This document shows positions 37,578 through 48,789 of a stretch of 64,000 bases of DNA, one piece after another (the stretch's first letter is position 1; each line of letters opens with the position of its first letter). The notes below the pieces were generated by a model, which searched no databases, had not been told where the DNA came from, and saw only the letters and a program-made list of their open reading frames with translations. Position numbers and translations under genes: made by a program. This stretch comes from Vicugna vicugna. Lineage: Eukaryota. Location: positions 62,001-126,000 of the forward strand of contig MU058717.1 of NCBI GenBank assembly GCA_013265495.1. Direction: 5' to 3'.

Positions 37578-38044
37578 CTTTTTTTAAATTTTAATTTTAT
37601 TGAAGTATAGCTGATTTACAATGTTGTTAGTTTCAGGGATACAGCAATGTGATACAGATACATATATATTTGTATATATTCTCTTTCAGATTCTTTTCCA
37701 TCATACGTTATTATAAGATATTGAATATAGTTCCCTGTGCTATACCGTAGGCCCTTCTTGTTTATTTTATATATAGTTGTATGTATATGTTAACCCCAAA
37801 CTCCTAATTTATCCTTCCCCACCACCCCTTTCCTCTTTGGTAACCATAGTTTGTTCTCTATGCCTGTGAGTCTATTTCTGGTTTGTAAATAAGTTCATTT
37901 GTGTCATTTTTTCTAGATTCCAGATATCAGTGATATCATATATTTGTCTTTGTCTGAATCACTTCACTTAATATGATAATCTCTAGGTCCATCCATTGCT
38001 ACAAATGGCATTATTTCATTCTTATGGCTGAGTAATATTCCATT

Positions 38045-38075
<31 letters not shown>

Positions 38076-38281
38076 ATACACACACACGCACGCACACACA
38101 CACACACACACACCCACATCTTTACTTATTCATCTGTTGATGGACGTTTAGGTTGCTTCCATGTCTTGGCTGTTGGAAATAGCCAAGGGGTGCATGTATC
38201 TTTTCAAATTAGAGTTTTCTCTGGATATATGCCCAGGAGTGGGATTGCTGGTTCACATGGTAACTATTGTTCGTTTTTAAA
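37578..38281 (-). mobile_element. L1 3' fragment with internal microsatellite
   Basis: Same family as the copies at 18890 and 48750; includes GGATATATGCCCAGGAGTGGGATTGCTGG (L1 ORF2 end, antisense). Confidence 0.88.
38045..38113. repeat. Compound (TA)n(TG)n-TA-(CA)n microsatellite
   Basis: Read directly. Confidence 0.95.
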
Positions 38282-39015
38282 GGAAGGATTGTAGTCTTTA
38301 TCCGGAGAACGCTGTCGGTTTTCCTCTCCCCATGTGCACATTTCAGGACTCTGTGGCTCCTACCTACAGAAGGCAACCTCAGCCGGACTTCGGGTTGGAG
38401 GGTGGTTGTGCCTTGTTACCTGGGAGCGGTAGGACGAAGTACCAATTCCCCGCCTGACTCTGTGCTTTCGGTGACCCAGGCGGGGCACATTTCACATTCA
38501 CAGCTAACATGTGTTGACAGCCGGCGCTGCGATAATCAGGGCGCAGCGCACGTGCGTGGCAGGCTGAGTGCTGCGTTGTGTCTGTTTCCTTTCTCGGGGA
38601 AATCAAACGGGGAGCAGCCAGGAGACCCAGATGAGAGTTCTTGCTGTGCCACTTCCTAGCGGTGTGAGCCTGTGCATGTCCTTCATGCGGTTTCCTCCTT
38701 TCCTTGGCTTGCAGGGCTGTTGCAAGGCACCTGGCACCCAGGAAGCACATAACAAGCTTTCTCCTTCTATGACTTCATAGAGTGCACCCCTCAGGAGGCC
38801 AGCCTGTAGAGGTGGGGAGAGGGGCAGCCCTCTGGCTTCTTTGTTTTGGGTTCCAGACTGACCTCAGGGGCCTGGGGATGGGGTGGAATTAGTCTGAAGC
38901 CGTGACTCCCACTCTCCCCTCTTACCTCCGCAGAGGGCCTCTTTCCTTCATCCTTCCCAGCCTCGGACAAACAGGCAGGGTCAGCGGTGGTATTCTTCAG
39001 TGCCATATGAGAGAT

Positions 39016-39021
39016 TTTATT
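39016..39021 (-). terminator. TP53TG5: TP53TG5 polyadenylation signal
   Basis: AATAAA on the minus strand about 95 nt into the terminal exon. Confidence 0.7.
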
Positions 39022-39111
39022 TGTAGACTCACAAATTTCCCGCCCATCCCTCCCGTTCAGATGATTGCGCGATCTCCGCGGTAGCCTCACACCTCTGGCT
39101 TCCATCCAAGG

Positions 39112-39117
39112 TCACAC
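39112..39117 (-). CDS. TP53TG5: TP53TG5 terminal exon coding part (GTG TGA = V, stop)
   Basis: Acceptor tctctgctcgcag|GTGTGA at 39118/39117; downstream sequence resembles the recalled human last exon. Confidence 0.65.
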   Translation of the reverse strand: M

Positions 39118-39845
39118 CTGCGAGCAGAGACCTCAGTGTCAGTTAGGAGCTAAGACCGCCCCCAGGGGGCTCTGCTGTCCGAGGAGAGGGCTCACGGACC
39201 AAGGCGCTGCAGCATCTGGCCGGTTGGAGATGCTGGTTTTGCTGAAAAGGCAGCCTCCCTTTCAGCTGGGCCCCTAGGCCCACCACCCCTTTCCTTTCTT
39301 GGGACTTCAGTGGAGGGGCTGGAGTATTTTGTTGTTGTTCTTCTTCCCCTACCCACCTAAGGAACTTTTTGTTCATAATAAATCTTATTTGAAGCATGAG
39401 TAAATAAAACAAATGGAGAAATGACCTAAGAGGGGATGGGATGTGGCAGAGCCCTACTTGACCACTCTCCCTCCCCCCACATTTGGAAATCCCTAAACTC
39501 ACTTATACTTCTAACTGTGAGAGTCTGAGCCATAGCAGTGGTGGCCCCTCCTAAGGCGTCCAGGCAATGGGATGACCCACCTCAGAACCCACGCTCCCAC
39601 TTGGACCCAGAGCTCCTACTTGGGTCCTGAGAGGTCCCAGACTAGCCCCTGCCCTGCTGTGTGACCTTGGTCAATGGCTTCTGCCTCTCTGGGGTTCCCT
39701 GTCTGGACACAAAGATGCAGCCTCCCAGCACTGCCAGCCACAGCCCCGGGGACTCTGGATCCTAAGCGCTCCAACTCTGGGGCCCAGCTCAGGACCTGGC
39801 TTGGGGCCTGCCTCTCACCCTGGCCTGGCAGTGGCATTGTCACAC

Positions 39846-40317
39846 CTTGTATGGATGGACCATGGGCAGCTCAAGTGATGCTGAGCAGAAGCGGGTGCAG
39901 CAGCGCTTGACCCAGCGCAGGGCGGATGATCTGCACATCACCCGGGGCCCTGGGAGGTGGACTCGTGTGGGCAGCCCCTCAAACCAGATGCACTGGTCAG
40001 CTGCTTCCAGCTGCTTCTTGTCCCTCATGGGACCTCTGTACTGGTGGGTCTTCAGGAAGATAACTCGGTTCCCAGTGGGTGGTTGCCTCCCCCGGGCTCC
40101 AGGGCCAGTGGTCAGGCCACAGCCCCTCGATGTCATTGGGACCTCAGGCTCTATCTGCTCCTCTTTCTGTGACACTGCTTCCTGTGCCGTGTGCTTCTCC
40201 CCTAATCCTGCCTTCGGTTTCAGTGACTCCCCTGTGGGCTCCAATTTCTTGTAGGGGCACCTAGCCTCCTGGAGCTCTTCGTCATTCTGTTCCACTTTAT
40301 TCCGGATGCCGTCGTTT
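39846..40317 (-). CDS. TP53TG5: TP53-target gene 5 exon 4 (472 bp)
   Basis: ctgccag|A AAC GAC...; contains IWFEGLPTRVHLPGPRVMCRSSALRWVKRCCTRFCSASLELPMVHPYK; donor AAG|gtgtga. Confidence 0.93.
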
Positions 40318-41769
40318 CTGGCAGGGAGAGGAATGGCTGTCAGCAGAGTGGGACTCAGGCCCTGGGCCTCCGGCCAGCCCCAAGATAGCTGCTGCAGCCA
40401 GTCCAGGGGAGCCTGTCAGGAAAGCTAGAGAGAGCCTGAAAAGAAGCTTCTCTACCACCCTTGCGCCTGGGGCAGGGGGCGGATGAGTATTGGCAGAAGG
40501 GATGTGAGAGGCTGGAAGGCCTAAGGCAGTGTCTAGTAGTTAGGACACCTAGAGATATGTATTGTCTACATCGGCCGCTCAGTTAGGGTTCTGCCCCTCT
40601 GGGTTTCAGATGATGGGGTGGACTAGTCCAGTGTTGTTGTTTCAATTTATGTTCCAAGAAACCTTAGGGTTCTGAGGGAGTAGCTCAAATTCCCCCAACC
40701 CACACACACACCTGGAAGGGCAGGGTGTGGGGCAGGATAAATTTTCACCCCAACAACACAACTGGGGCTTAGGGACAGAGATTTGAAGAGAGGTCCTGCT
40801 GCTTTGAAAAGGGTTAGAAAACTCTGGGACTAGGTGATCCTGACCCTTCTGGCTCAGTGTCTTCTGACTGCTTGCATCCAGGAGGGCAACTCTGAGAGAG
40901 GAGCCAGAGGGCTGGAGTTACTCAGAGGTGTTATGAGACTTCTCAAAGGGTGTCTCTTATAGGCTGAGTCCCCCAGCGGGGCAGCCCCGTCCTAGTTGAG
41001 CGTGTGTGCAGAGGGAGAGGCCTCAGGCTCGAGATGATCACCATCCTGAGGATAATAATGGCACCGCTGACTGGGTGCCGCTGTGTGTCCGGCCCAGGAC
41101 CCTCATAACAGTCCTGCAAAGCAGGATTTTCAAGACAAGCTGAGGTTCAAATTTGCCTCTGCCGCTTACCAGTCTGTGTGATTTAGGGCAAGAAATGTAA
41201 CCTCTCAGAGCCTTAGCTTCCTCATCTGCAAAACTGGGAGAATTCTGTCTACCTAATAGGATTATTGCAAAGAATAAGATAAATGGTGAGTGTTTTGCAT
41301 AGTACCTGGCACTCAGCAGGTGCCTCAAATGTCAGCTTTCTTAATATCCTAATGTGACTTGTGGGGAAACTGAGCCTCAGCAAGAAGACTAGTCTGTAGG
41401 TGGGTCTCTGAGTGGTGTTGACCTGAGAGGGGCAGGAGGAGTGGCCCCTGCTGCTCAGAGCCCCAGGGGCGGGGGTTACTCTCATGATTAGATGATGATG
41501 ACCATGATTATGATCAGAGCTCTGATATTAGCTGGGCACGGCTTCAAATCCTCTCTCTGCCACTTACCAGCTTTAACTGCAATTAACCAGACAAGTCACT
41601 CCATTTCTGAGCCTCGGCTCCCCATCAGTAACATAGGGCTAACGGATAAATACCTTTCTCACAGAGCCTTCATGAAAATGTGGTTTTCCAAATTCCTTTA
41701 CACAGTGCCTGTTCCTAGTGGGGATAGCTATTGGGCCCATGGTGGGGGCCATGGGCAGGCTGAGCTCAC

Positions 41770-41900
41770 CCAGAGGAGATCCTGAGCATCTTCGGAACTC
41801 TGAGCAGTGAATTCCAGCACCTTTTGGCCAGGTTATGCAGTTCTTGGATCCGAGGGTTCGAGCTCTTGAGCAGCTTCAAGAGTGACAATTTTTTTAACAC
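41770..41900 (-). CDS. TP53TG5: TP53TG5 exon 3 (131 bp)
   Basis: catcag|GTG; VLKKLSLLKLLKSSNPRIQELHNLAKRCWNSLLRVPKMLRISS(G); donor TGG|gtgagc. Confidence 0.94.
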
Positions 41901-42097
41901 CTGATGGGGCAAGAAGCCAGAAGAACAGAAGCTTTGGCTTTTTTGGGATAACCTCCCACCCCTCACCTGGACTTTGGCTCAGCTCAGCTCAAGGCTGGGT
42001 CGGGTGACTCCCTCTGGGTCCCTCAGCCTGGCAGCCAGGAGCAGCTCTGCGTGGTGCTCAGGCTATCCAAAGCAGGGACCAAAATGGGGCATCTCAC

Positions 42098-42172
42098 CAT
42101 TTTAAGTCGGTTCCGCTCAATTACTTTGCTGACAGGCTGCTGTATCTTGTCCTGTGGTTCCTCATCTTGTGT
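42098..42172 (-). CDS. TP53TG5: TP53TG5 exon 2 (75 bp)
   Basis: tgtcag|ACA...ATG|gtgaga; TQDEEPQDKIQQPVSKVIERNRLKM. Confidence 0.92.
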
Positions 42173-42436
42173 CTGACAGAGAGAAAGAGAGCGCTAACAC
42201 AGGAGCATCCCCTGAATGCCTCCAATTGCCTTTCCATTTGTCTGAGCATGATTTGACCAACCCTAGACTGGGATTTGTCACCTTGGTTTGGGGGCCAAAA
42301 TGGGGAGCCCATTCTAACTCTCCTGGCCTCCCTTCACCCCTCACTTTTCCTTTCCCTCCCAGGCTGGAAGGCCCCTGCCCTGGGTGTGGTTGGGCTCTTT
42401 GTTGAGATCCCCATTAGGTCCAGTCCTAAGTCCAAC

Positions 42437-42484
42437 CTTGAAAACCACTCTATACTTGGGCCTCTTCTTTGCTGATGGACTCAT
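42437..42484 (-). CDS. TP53TG5: TP53TG5 exon 1 coding part (48 bp)
   Basis: agcATG at 42484; MSPSAKKRPKYRVVFK (basic, NLS-like); donor AAG|gttgga. Total CDS 732 nt = 243 aa + stop. Confidence 0.92.
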
Positions 42485-42589
42485 GCTGGGGCTGTGAGGC
42501 CTCAGAGACAAATGGAGCAAGACTGGTACGAGGCACTGCCTACACCCTGCCCCTCTCAGCTCAGCCAGCACTCAGGCTGGGCATCAGGA

Positions 42590-42660
42590 GGGCTGTGCTG
42601 GAGCTCCCAGGGAGGGGAGCTGTGACATCACTGAAATGTGTGACAGCAGCAGGGCTGGGT
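42590..42660 (-). promoter_or_regulatory. TP53TG5: TP53TG5 CpG-poor proximal promoter with CRE-like site
   Basis: TGACATCA at 42623-42630, about 140 bp upstream of the ATG. CRE variants are typical of CREM-driven testis promoters (inference). Confidence 0.4.
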
Positions 42661-43476
42661 CTCCAAGGGGTGTGTGAGTGTGGCGGGGGAGAGGGTGAGG
42701 AAACTCCTGTCTGTGGAGAAACCCAGTAGGTGCCAGACAGAGGCACATATTGTCACCACCTCCCTGTGCGGTAGGAGGATTATCCTCTCTTTTTTAACGG
42801 AGAAGCCAAGGTTCAAAGAAATTAAATAATTTAATCAAGACCACACAGCTGGATGGATAATGGTGGAGCTGGAAATGTAATATCTGACAGCCAACCCAGG
42901 AAACCCGGGATGTCAGTTGTGCTCATCTGTCTATTCATTCATGTCACATACGTTGATGGTGCACCTGCTACGTGCCAGGTGTTGTTCTAAGTGCTGGAAT
43001 AAAGGAAAATTCCTACCGTCAAGGAACTTACATTCTAGTGGAGGGGAACAAAACACTGTGTGCATCTGTAAATGTTTAATAATTGGCTCTCTGAAACAAA
43101 GTTTAGGTATGTATGTTTATTATGCATTTTACTGATAGAAATCTAACATAATAAAATAATACAATACTCTTTTTGTGAGTTCTGTAAAGCCAGTTTATTC
43201 TTATAGCATACTTTTCTTGAATTTTGCCTAACTCTTGCATCCATAGTCAACCTCTCGTTGTAACTGATGAACACGTGTAGTTCCAACATGAATGCTGATA
43301 TTTTCATTTACACTATAAAGAGTAAGAAGAAAATGAAAAAGTGAAAATACAAAGATACTGGAATTCAGCTCATTTCTCAATGACCTGTTCGATTTATTTG
43401 CTGTACTGGATCATAGTTTTCAAATACCAGAAGTGTATTTTCTCCACTTTTTTCAGTATGTGTTATTTACAATGTA

Positions 43477-43939
43477 CAGGCGTACTTTGGAGATATGGCA
43501 GGTTGGGTTTCAGACCACCGCAATAAAGTGAGTTACCCGAATCTTTTGGTTTCCCAGTGCGTATAATAGTTATGTTTACAGCTTACTGTAGTCTTTTCAG
43601 TGTGCAATAATAGCATTATGTCTAAAAGAATGTACATACCTTAATAACGAAACAGCTGCCAAAAAATGCTAATTATCATCTGAGCCTTCAGCAAGTCATA
43701 GTAAAAACATCAGAGGTCACAGATCACAGATCACCATAACAAGTATAATAATGAAAAAGCTTGAAATACTGCAAGAATTACCAAAATGTGACACAGAGAC
43801 ATGAAGTGAACACATGCTGTTGGAAAAATGGCTCCGGGAGACTTGTTTGACACAGGGTTTACACAAACATTCGGTTTGTAAAAAACACAGTATCTGTGAA
43901 GCACAGTAGAGCGAAGTGCAATAAAATGTGGTCTGCCTG
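43477..43939 (-). mobile_element. Internally deleted Tigger1 (TcMar) element
   Basis: TA|CAGGCGTAC left end and GTCTGCCTG right end (inverted termini); both arms match the recalled Tigger1 ends, with no transposase. Confidence 0.85.
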
Positions 43940-44016
43940 GAACAGCTGTGGATGGGGCACAATCACATTTCATCTGCATTATTGACATTTCCTCCACTAC
44001 ATTCTTAAGACTAGAC

Positions 44017-44211
44017 CAGGGGTTGGCAGATTTCTTCTGTAAAGGGTGAGATAGTGAACACGTTAGGATTTGCAGGCCACGTAGTTGCAACTACTCAGCT
44101 GTTCTTAGGGTGAGAGAGCAGCCCGAGATACGTAAATGAGCGGGCCTGGCTGTGTTACAATTAAAGTTTATTTACAAAAATAGTTGGTGGGCTGGATTTA
44201 GCCAACTCCTG
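44017..44211 (+). mobile_element. MER58A-like hAT element
   Basis: CAGGGGTTGGC...GCCAACTCCTG inverted termini; TSD GACTAGAC/GTCTAGAC. Confidence 0.82.
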
Positions 44212-45626
44212 GTCTAGACAATCAACAAAATAATAAAGCGAAACCTGATTTTTCACGTTTACCTATCTCTGTGGTGTACATACTCCTATCGCGGCTGATT
44301 TCAGGCTACCAAGGTGACGCCTCTGAATGCGGAGTTGAACGGAAGCACAGAGTAGCATACCATTATAGATTTCTACCATATTTCTACAGCTGTAAAGAGT
44401 CTCAAGAACACAGATAATAGCAAAAGGTAGTCAAAAATTAGAAAGTGATGAGTTTGAGCATTTTCACCTTTGTTTTTAAAATCATTAGCTTAATTAAGTT
44501 TGTATACTTTACTTGTTAATGATGGCGATGCTTAACAACCAGCCAGCAGAGTTCCTAAACATGTAATTGGCTTTTGTGGGCCCTGATGAGTCAGTTCCAG
44601 CACACTGCTGTTAATGTTAAATGGAAATAAGTGTGTGGAGAAAAGTCAACAGGGCAGATGGGAAAGGGAGAACCAAGGTAGAAGATTTGCCATATTAAAA
44701 AGGGTGGAATGAGAACCATTCACCAACAAGATGAGATTTGAGGAGATAGCAGAGGAGGTTTGGGAAGGGGAGTGTGGCGGTGGCTGGAGATGAGGGCAGA
44801 GAGGGGTCGTGCTGAAGGGTTGGGACAGATCACCGGAGACCTGAACATCTCAGGCTGCTCTGAGTAACCTGCTCAGCTGGCTGCCTCAGAATAATCAGAA
44901 GAGCTTGTGAAGAACAGCTTCTAGGGCACCACCCCATTCATTTGGCCAATCTGATACCCAACCGAGTGTGGGAACCAAATCCACATCATTCTGCTTCCAG
45001 GGCAGAGAGGTGTGCGTGCATCAGGAGAGCTGAGCTCTGCCTTTTAGGAGTGACCAAGCCCAGGCTGCTGAACAGCTTCTTACCTGTACATACCCTTTGT
45101 TATTAGGGTGAAGATGAGGTGGGTGGTTAAACATGCTGTGGACCAGGGAAGAAACCGAGGCAGTGACTTGGGAGGGAAGACATGGAGGACGCTCCCACCC
45201 CTCTCTCCCTCTGTCTGCCCCAGGACTCCGTGGCTCCTCCATCTGCTCAGCCATCCCTCTCCTTGTCAGGATGATTTCAGCTCCTCCTGGACTCTGCTGG
45301 ACTCTGGTGGCTGCATCTGGAGCATCTACACCCACCACTGGGCCCCTGGGCACCAAGGGCTGGGGCCCTACCCTGTGCTAGGGTCTGAAAACAGCACAGG
45401 CCCAGGGGAGAGTTTCCCCTAGAGTTGAAAAGTGTTCCATCCTATTCCATTTTCTGAAAGAGATTGTATAGATAATTCCAGCACCACTGTGATCCACTGG
45501 CATCAGCTGATTGTCTTTTGTTGTCCAAGTTGAGACTTTCCTGGTTCTTGGTATGATGAATTACTTTCACTTATAACCTTGACATTTCAGAAAATATGTT
45601 ACGAGACTCTGGATCTCATTTAAATC

Positions 45627-45700
45627 TTATTTTTTGTTTGTTTGTTTGTTTGTTGGGGGTGGGAGGTAATTAGATTGGTTGACTCATTCATTCATTCAAT
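45627..45700 (-). mobile_element. 3' fragment of a Vic-1-like SINE
   Basis: (TTTG)n then GGGAGGTAATTAG, as in the tails of the full copies; no tRNA head. Confidence 0.55.
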
Positions 45701-46920
45701 CAGGCTACCCACATGGCCCCACTGACCCCACTCAGCAGGGGAAGGGGAGGGTCGGTTGCCTCACTACAGCTAGGCAGAGGTGAACATTGAGGCTCCACAC
45801 TTGGCCTCCTTTACATTGAGGGAAGGGAGTGGTGCCTCACTATTGTTGGATGGGGATGGCAGCCTAGGCCTCCACTGACTTCGTGGAAATTGAGAAGCAG
45901 GGGTTCCCTGCGACTGCCAGGTAGTGATGACATCCAGGCTCCCTGTTCTGCCTCCTCTAACACCACCTAGAGGTGAGGGGGAGAGGTGCCTTGTTCTCAG
46001 GAGACAAAAAGTAAAGTCTGGGCTTCCCCTTCTGTTTCTGCTAGTGGAGGTTGGGAGTGAGGTTTTTCCTCTAGTATTTTGCTGGAGGGGGCATTTAACG
46101 TCACAAGATTTCTGTCTGTTCGGGTGCCTCTCTCTCAATCTTTTGACAAGAGAGAACAGGCTTTTCAAGGGCGCAATTTTTGTCTGGGCCTGTTTGGCAT
46201 TTCCAGGTTGCAGGCTTCCTCTGCACCCCAGCAAAAGAAAACCCAGGAACTCACTGCTGTATCATTTGAGCTCTGGGGTTCACAGTTGGTCTGCCTTTTG
46301 ATGTTTGTTTTATACATAATGCCCAGCATTTTAAGCTGCACTTAGTGGAAGGGATAGAGAGGAATGCACCTACTCTAACTTGTTCAGAACCAGAAATCCT
46401 TTTTTTTTTTTAATTTTATACTCTCTTTTCCCCTCTAAGTCCAAGTGGAGATCTTTCTGGACATATAATCCTTTTAAGAACTTGTGGGTCACTCTGAATC
46501 TTGTCCAGGTCCACTCTGTTAGACCAAAGCCATGCCCACAACTCCTTTGAGATCAGCCCTTCTCTCCATGGGGCTTCTGCTGAAATGGGCAACAGCCTTA
46601 AGCTTTCGAGACGCCTTCCTGCTTCATTCAGAGGATCTGTGAGGCACACCTATCATTTCTTTATAGGTCTTTTATCTGACTGAAGACTACTCTGACGCAC
46701 TGTCTTAAATCTTTCTGTGATGCAAACAAAAGATTTGATAGTCACACTCTCAGTTTCATCTTGGAACTGGTTTTTCTTTTTTTTTTTTTTCTGGCAATGC
46801 CCTGGATTTGAGCTTAGCTAGGAAACCAGTTTTTAACTTTACTATCATTTGCCATTTAAGGAGGCTTAGAATTTTCTCCCATGAAGTCCTGGCTCCTTCA
46901 TATTTAACAGTCCTTCCTTT

Positions 46921-47165
46921 TAGTTCAGGGTTTCTCAACCTCAGCACTATTGACATTTTGGGCAGGATAATTCTTTGTTATTGGGGGAGGAGGTGGTGGT
47001 GAGAGGGGTTTGCCTTGCACATTATAGGATGTTTTGCAGCATCTCTGGCCTCTACTGACGAGACGCCAGTAGCAATGTCTCCAGTTTTGATAACCAGGAA
47101 TGTCTCCAGACCTTGCCAGATGTCCCCTCAGGAGGCAACATCACTCTCACTTGAGAAATGCCACT
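46921..47165 (+). mobile_element. MER20-like hAT element
   Basis: TTTCTCAACCTCAGCACTATTGACATTTTGGGC...GATAATTCTTTG...AATGTCTCCAGAC matches recalled MER20. Confidence 0.8.
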
Positions 47166-47529
47166 TTAGTTTCACTCCCTCCTCTTGCGTTTTACTGTCA
47201 GCAGCAAGAAGACACCAGGTGGCACCTTCCAACTTGATTGGGAAATATCCTTAGCCAGATCCCAGCTCATTAGGCACGTTTTCTGCTTTCCCCTTTACCG
47301 CAGGCAACAGGGCTGCTAACCTTTGTGCCACAACATAACAAAAATTCCTCTTCCCTAGTGTTTACTTCACTTTCCTATGTACATATACACAATCTTATCA
47401 AAGGCCTGAGGCTTCTGTTAACAGTTTTTCCAAGGCACTTTGGGCTTTCAGTACACTTTTCCCGAGTCTGTTGCCAGTCTAATGCCACTCCCACATTTTA
47501 GATACGAAATACCCGATACCAGAATCTCT

Positions 47530-48050
47530 GTGTTATCTAGTGCTGCATAGCAAATCATCCCCACACAGAGCAGTTTAAAACAAGAAGTATTTATTATCTC
47601 AAAAGTTTTGAGCATCAGGAATCCAAGACTGCTCTCAGCTGGATGGTTCGGCCTGAGTCTCTCCCAAGATCGCAACCAAACTGCTGGTCAGGGCTGCTGT
47701 CATCTCAAGGCTGTTTGCACGCTCGCGCATGGAGTTGCTGGCTGGCCTCTGTTCTTCACTGGCTGTTGGCTGGATTCTTCAGTTCCTTGCCACGTGGGCC
47801 TCTCCGTAGGGCTGTTGACAACATAGTAGCTTGCTTCCTCCAAAGTGAAGGTCCCAAGCAACAGAGAGCACACCACACCCAAGATGGAAGCTGTGTGTTT
47901 GGTTTTTTTTCAATACTAATTTTGGACGTGATGTACCATCATCTGCCATGTCCTATTGGCCACACAGATTCAGTGCTGAAGAAGACTAGACAAAGGTATG
48001 AATAAACAGAAGGGCAGGAACATTGGGAGCTTTTTCGGCGGCTGCTTGCT
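47530..48050 (-). mobile_element. MLT1-like (MaLR) LTR
   Basis: TGCTGCATAGCAAATCATCCC...TTTAAAACAA...ATTTATTATCTC...CACGTGGGCCTCTCC pattern; subfamily not assignable. Confidence 0.6.
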
Positions 48051-48059
48051 ACATTTCAA

Positions 48060-48740
48060 TTCTATTCAATCCAGGCGTTTTTCTGATTGCCTTTGGACCT
48101 CATCACTGACTCCTGGGTTACTTTGAAGTGTTGTCTTTTATTTCTGAGTATTGGGGTGTTTTCCAGCTCTTTTTCTGTTATTATTTCTATTTGAATTCTT
48201 TTACAGTCATTAAACATACTTTGTATGATTTAAATTCTTTTTGAATTTGTTGAGGTTTGGTTCAGTTTCTTGAGGGCCAGAAGATGATATATCCTAGTGA
48301 ATGTTTTATATGCAGTTGAAAAGAGTGTTTATTCTGCTGGTAAAGTATTACAAATGTATCAGTCAGAAAAAGTTAGTTGATAGTGTTTGGGGTTTCTGTA
48401 TCTTTGCTTTTTGTTTCTGTCTACTTGTTTTATTGATTACTGAGAGAGACATGCTGAAGTCTCTAACTGTATGATAAATTTTTCGCCTTCTTATTTTATG
48501 TCTATTGGTTTTTTTACCTCGTGTATTTTTGAAGCTCTGTTATTAGGTGTACATATACACATTCATGACTGTTAAGTCTTCTTTGTGAATTGAACAGCCT
48601 TTTATCATTAGGTAGTATCTCTCTTCATCCTTGGTAATAGTCTTTCTTTTGAAGCCTACTTTTTCTGATATTAATATCACTACTACAATTTACTTTAATT
48701 AGTGTTTGCATGGTAAACCTTATTCTAGCCTTTTACTTTT
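48060..48740 (-). mobile_element. Old L1 (L1M-like) fragment
   Basis: T-rich, with recognisable antisense ORF2 motifs (TGAAGTCTCTAACT, GAAGCTCTGTTATTAGGTG). Confidence 0.6.
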
Positions 48741-48749
48741 TAAAAAATA

Positions 48750-48750
48750 T

Positions 48751-48789
<39 letters not shown>

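Larger units (their letters stand above)
43065..44610 (-). mobile_element. MER63/Blackjack-like hAT element interrupted by two insertions
   Basis: Right end TTCCAGCACACTGCTG and body similar to 17998-18377; left boundary approximate. Confidence 0.65.

Noticed and set aside
39847..40254. 135-aa plus-strand ORF
   Set aside because: Antisense shadow of TP53TG5 exon 4.
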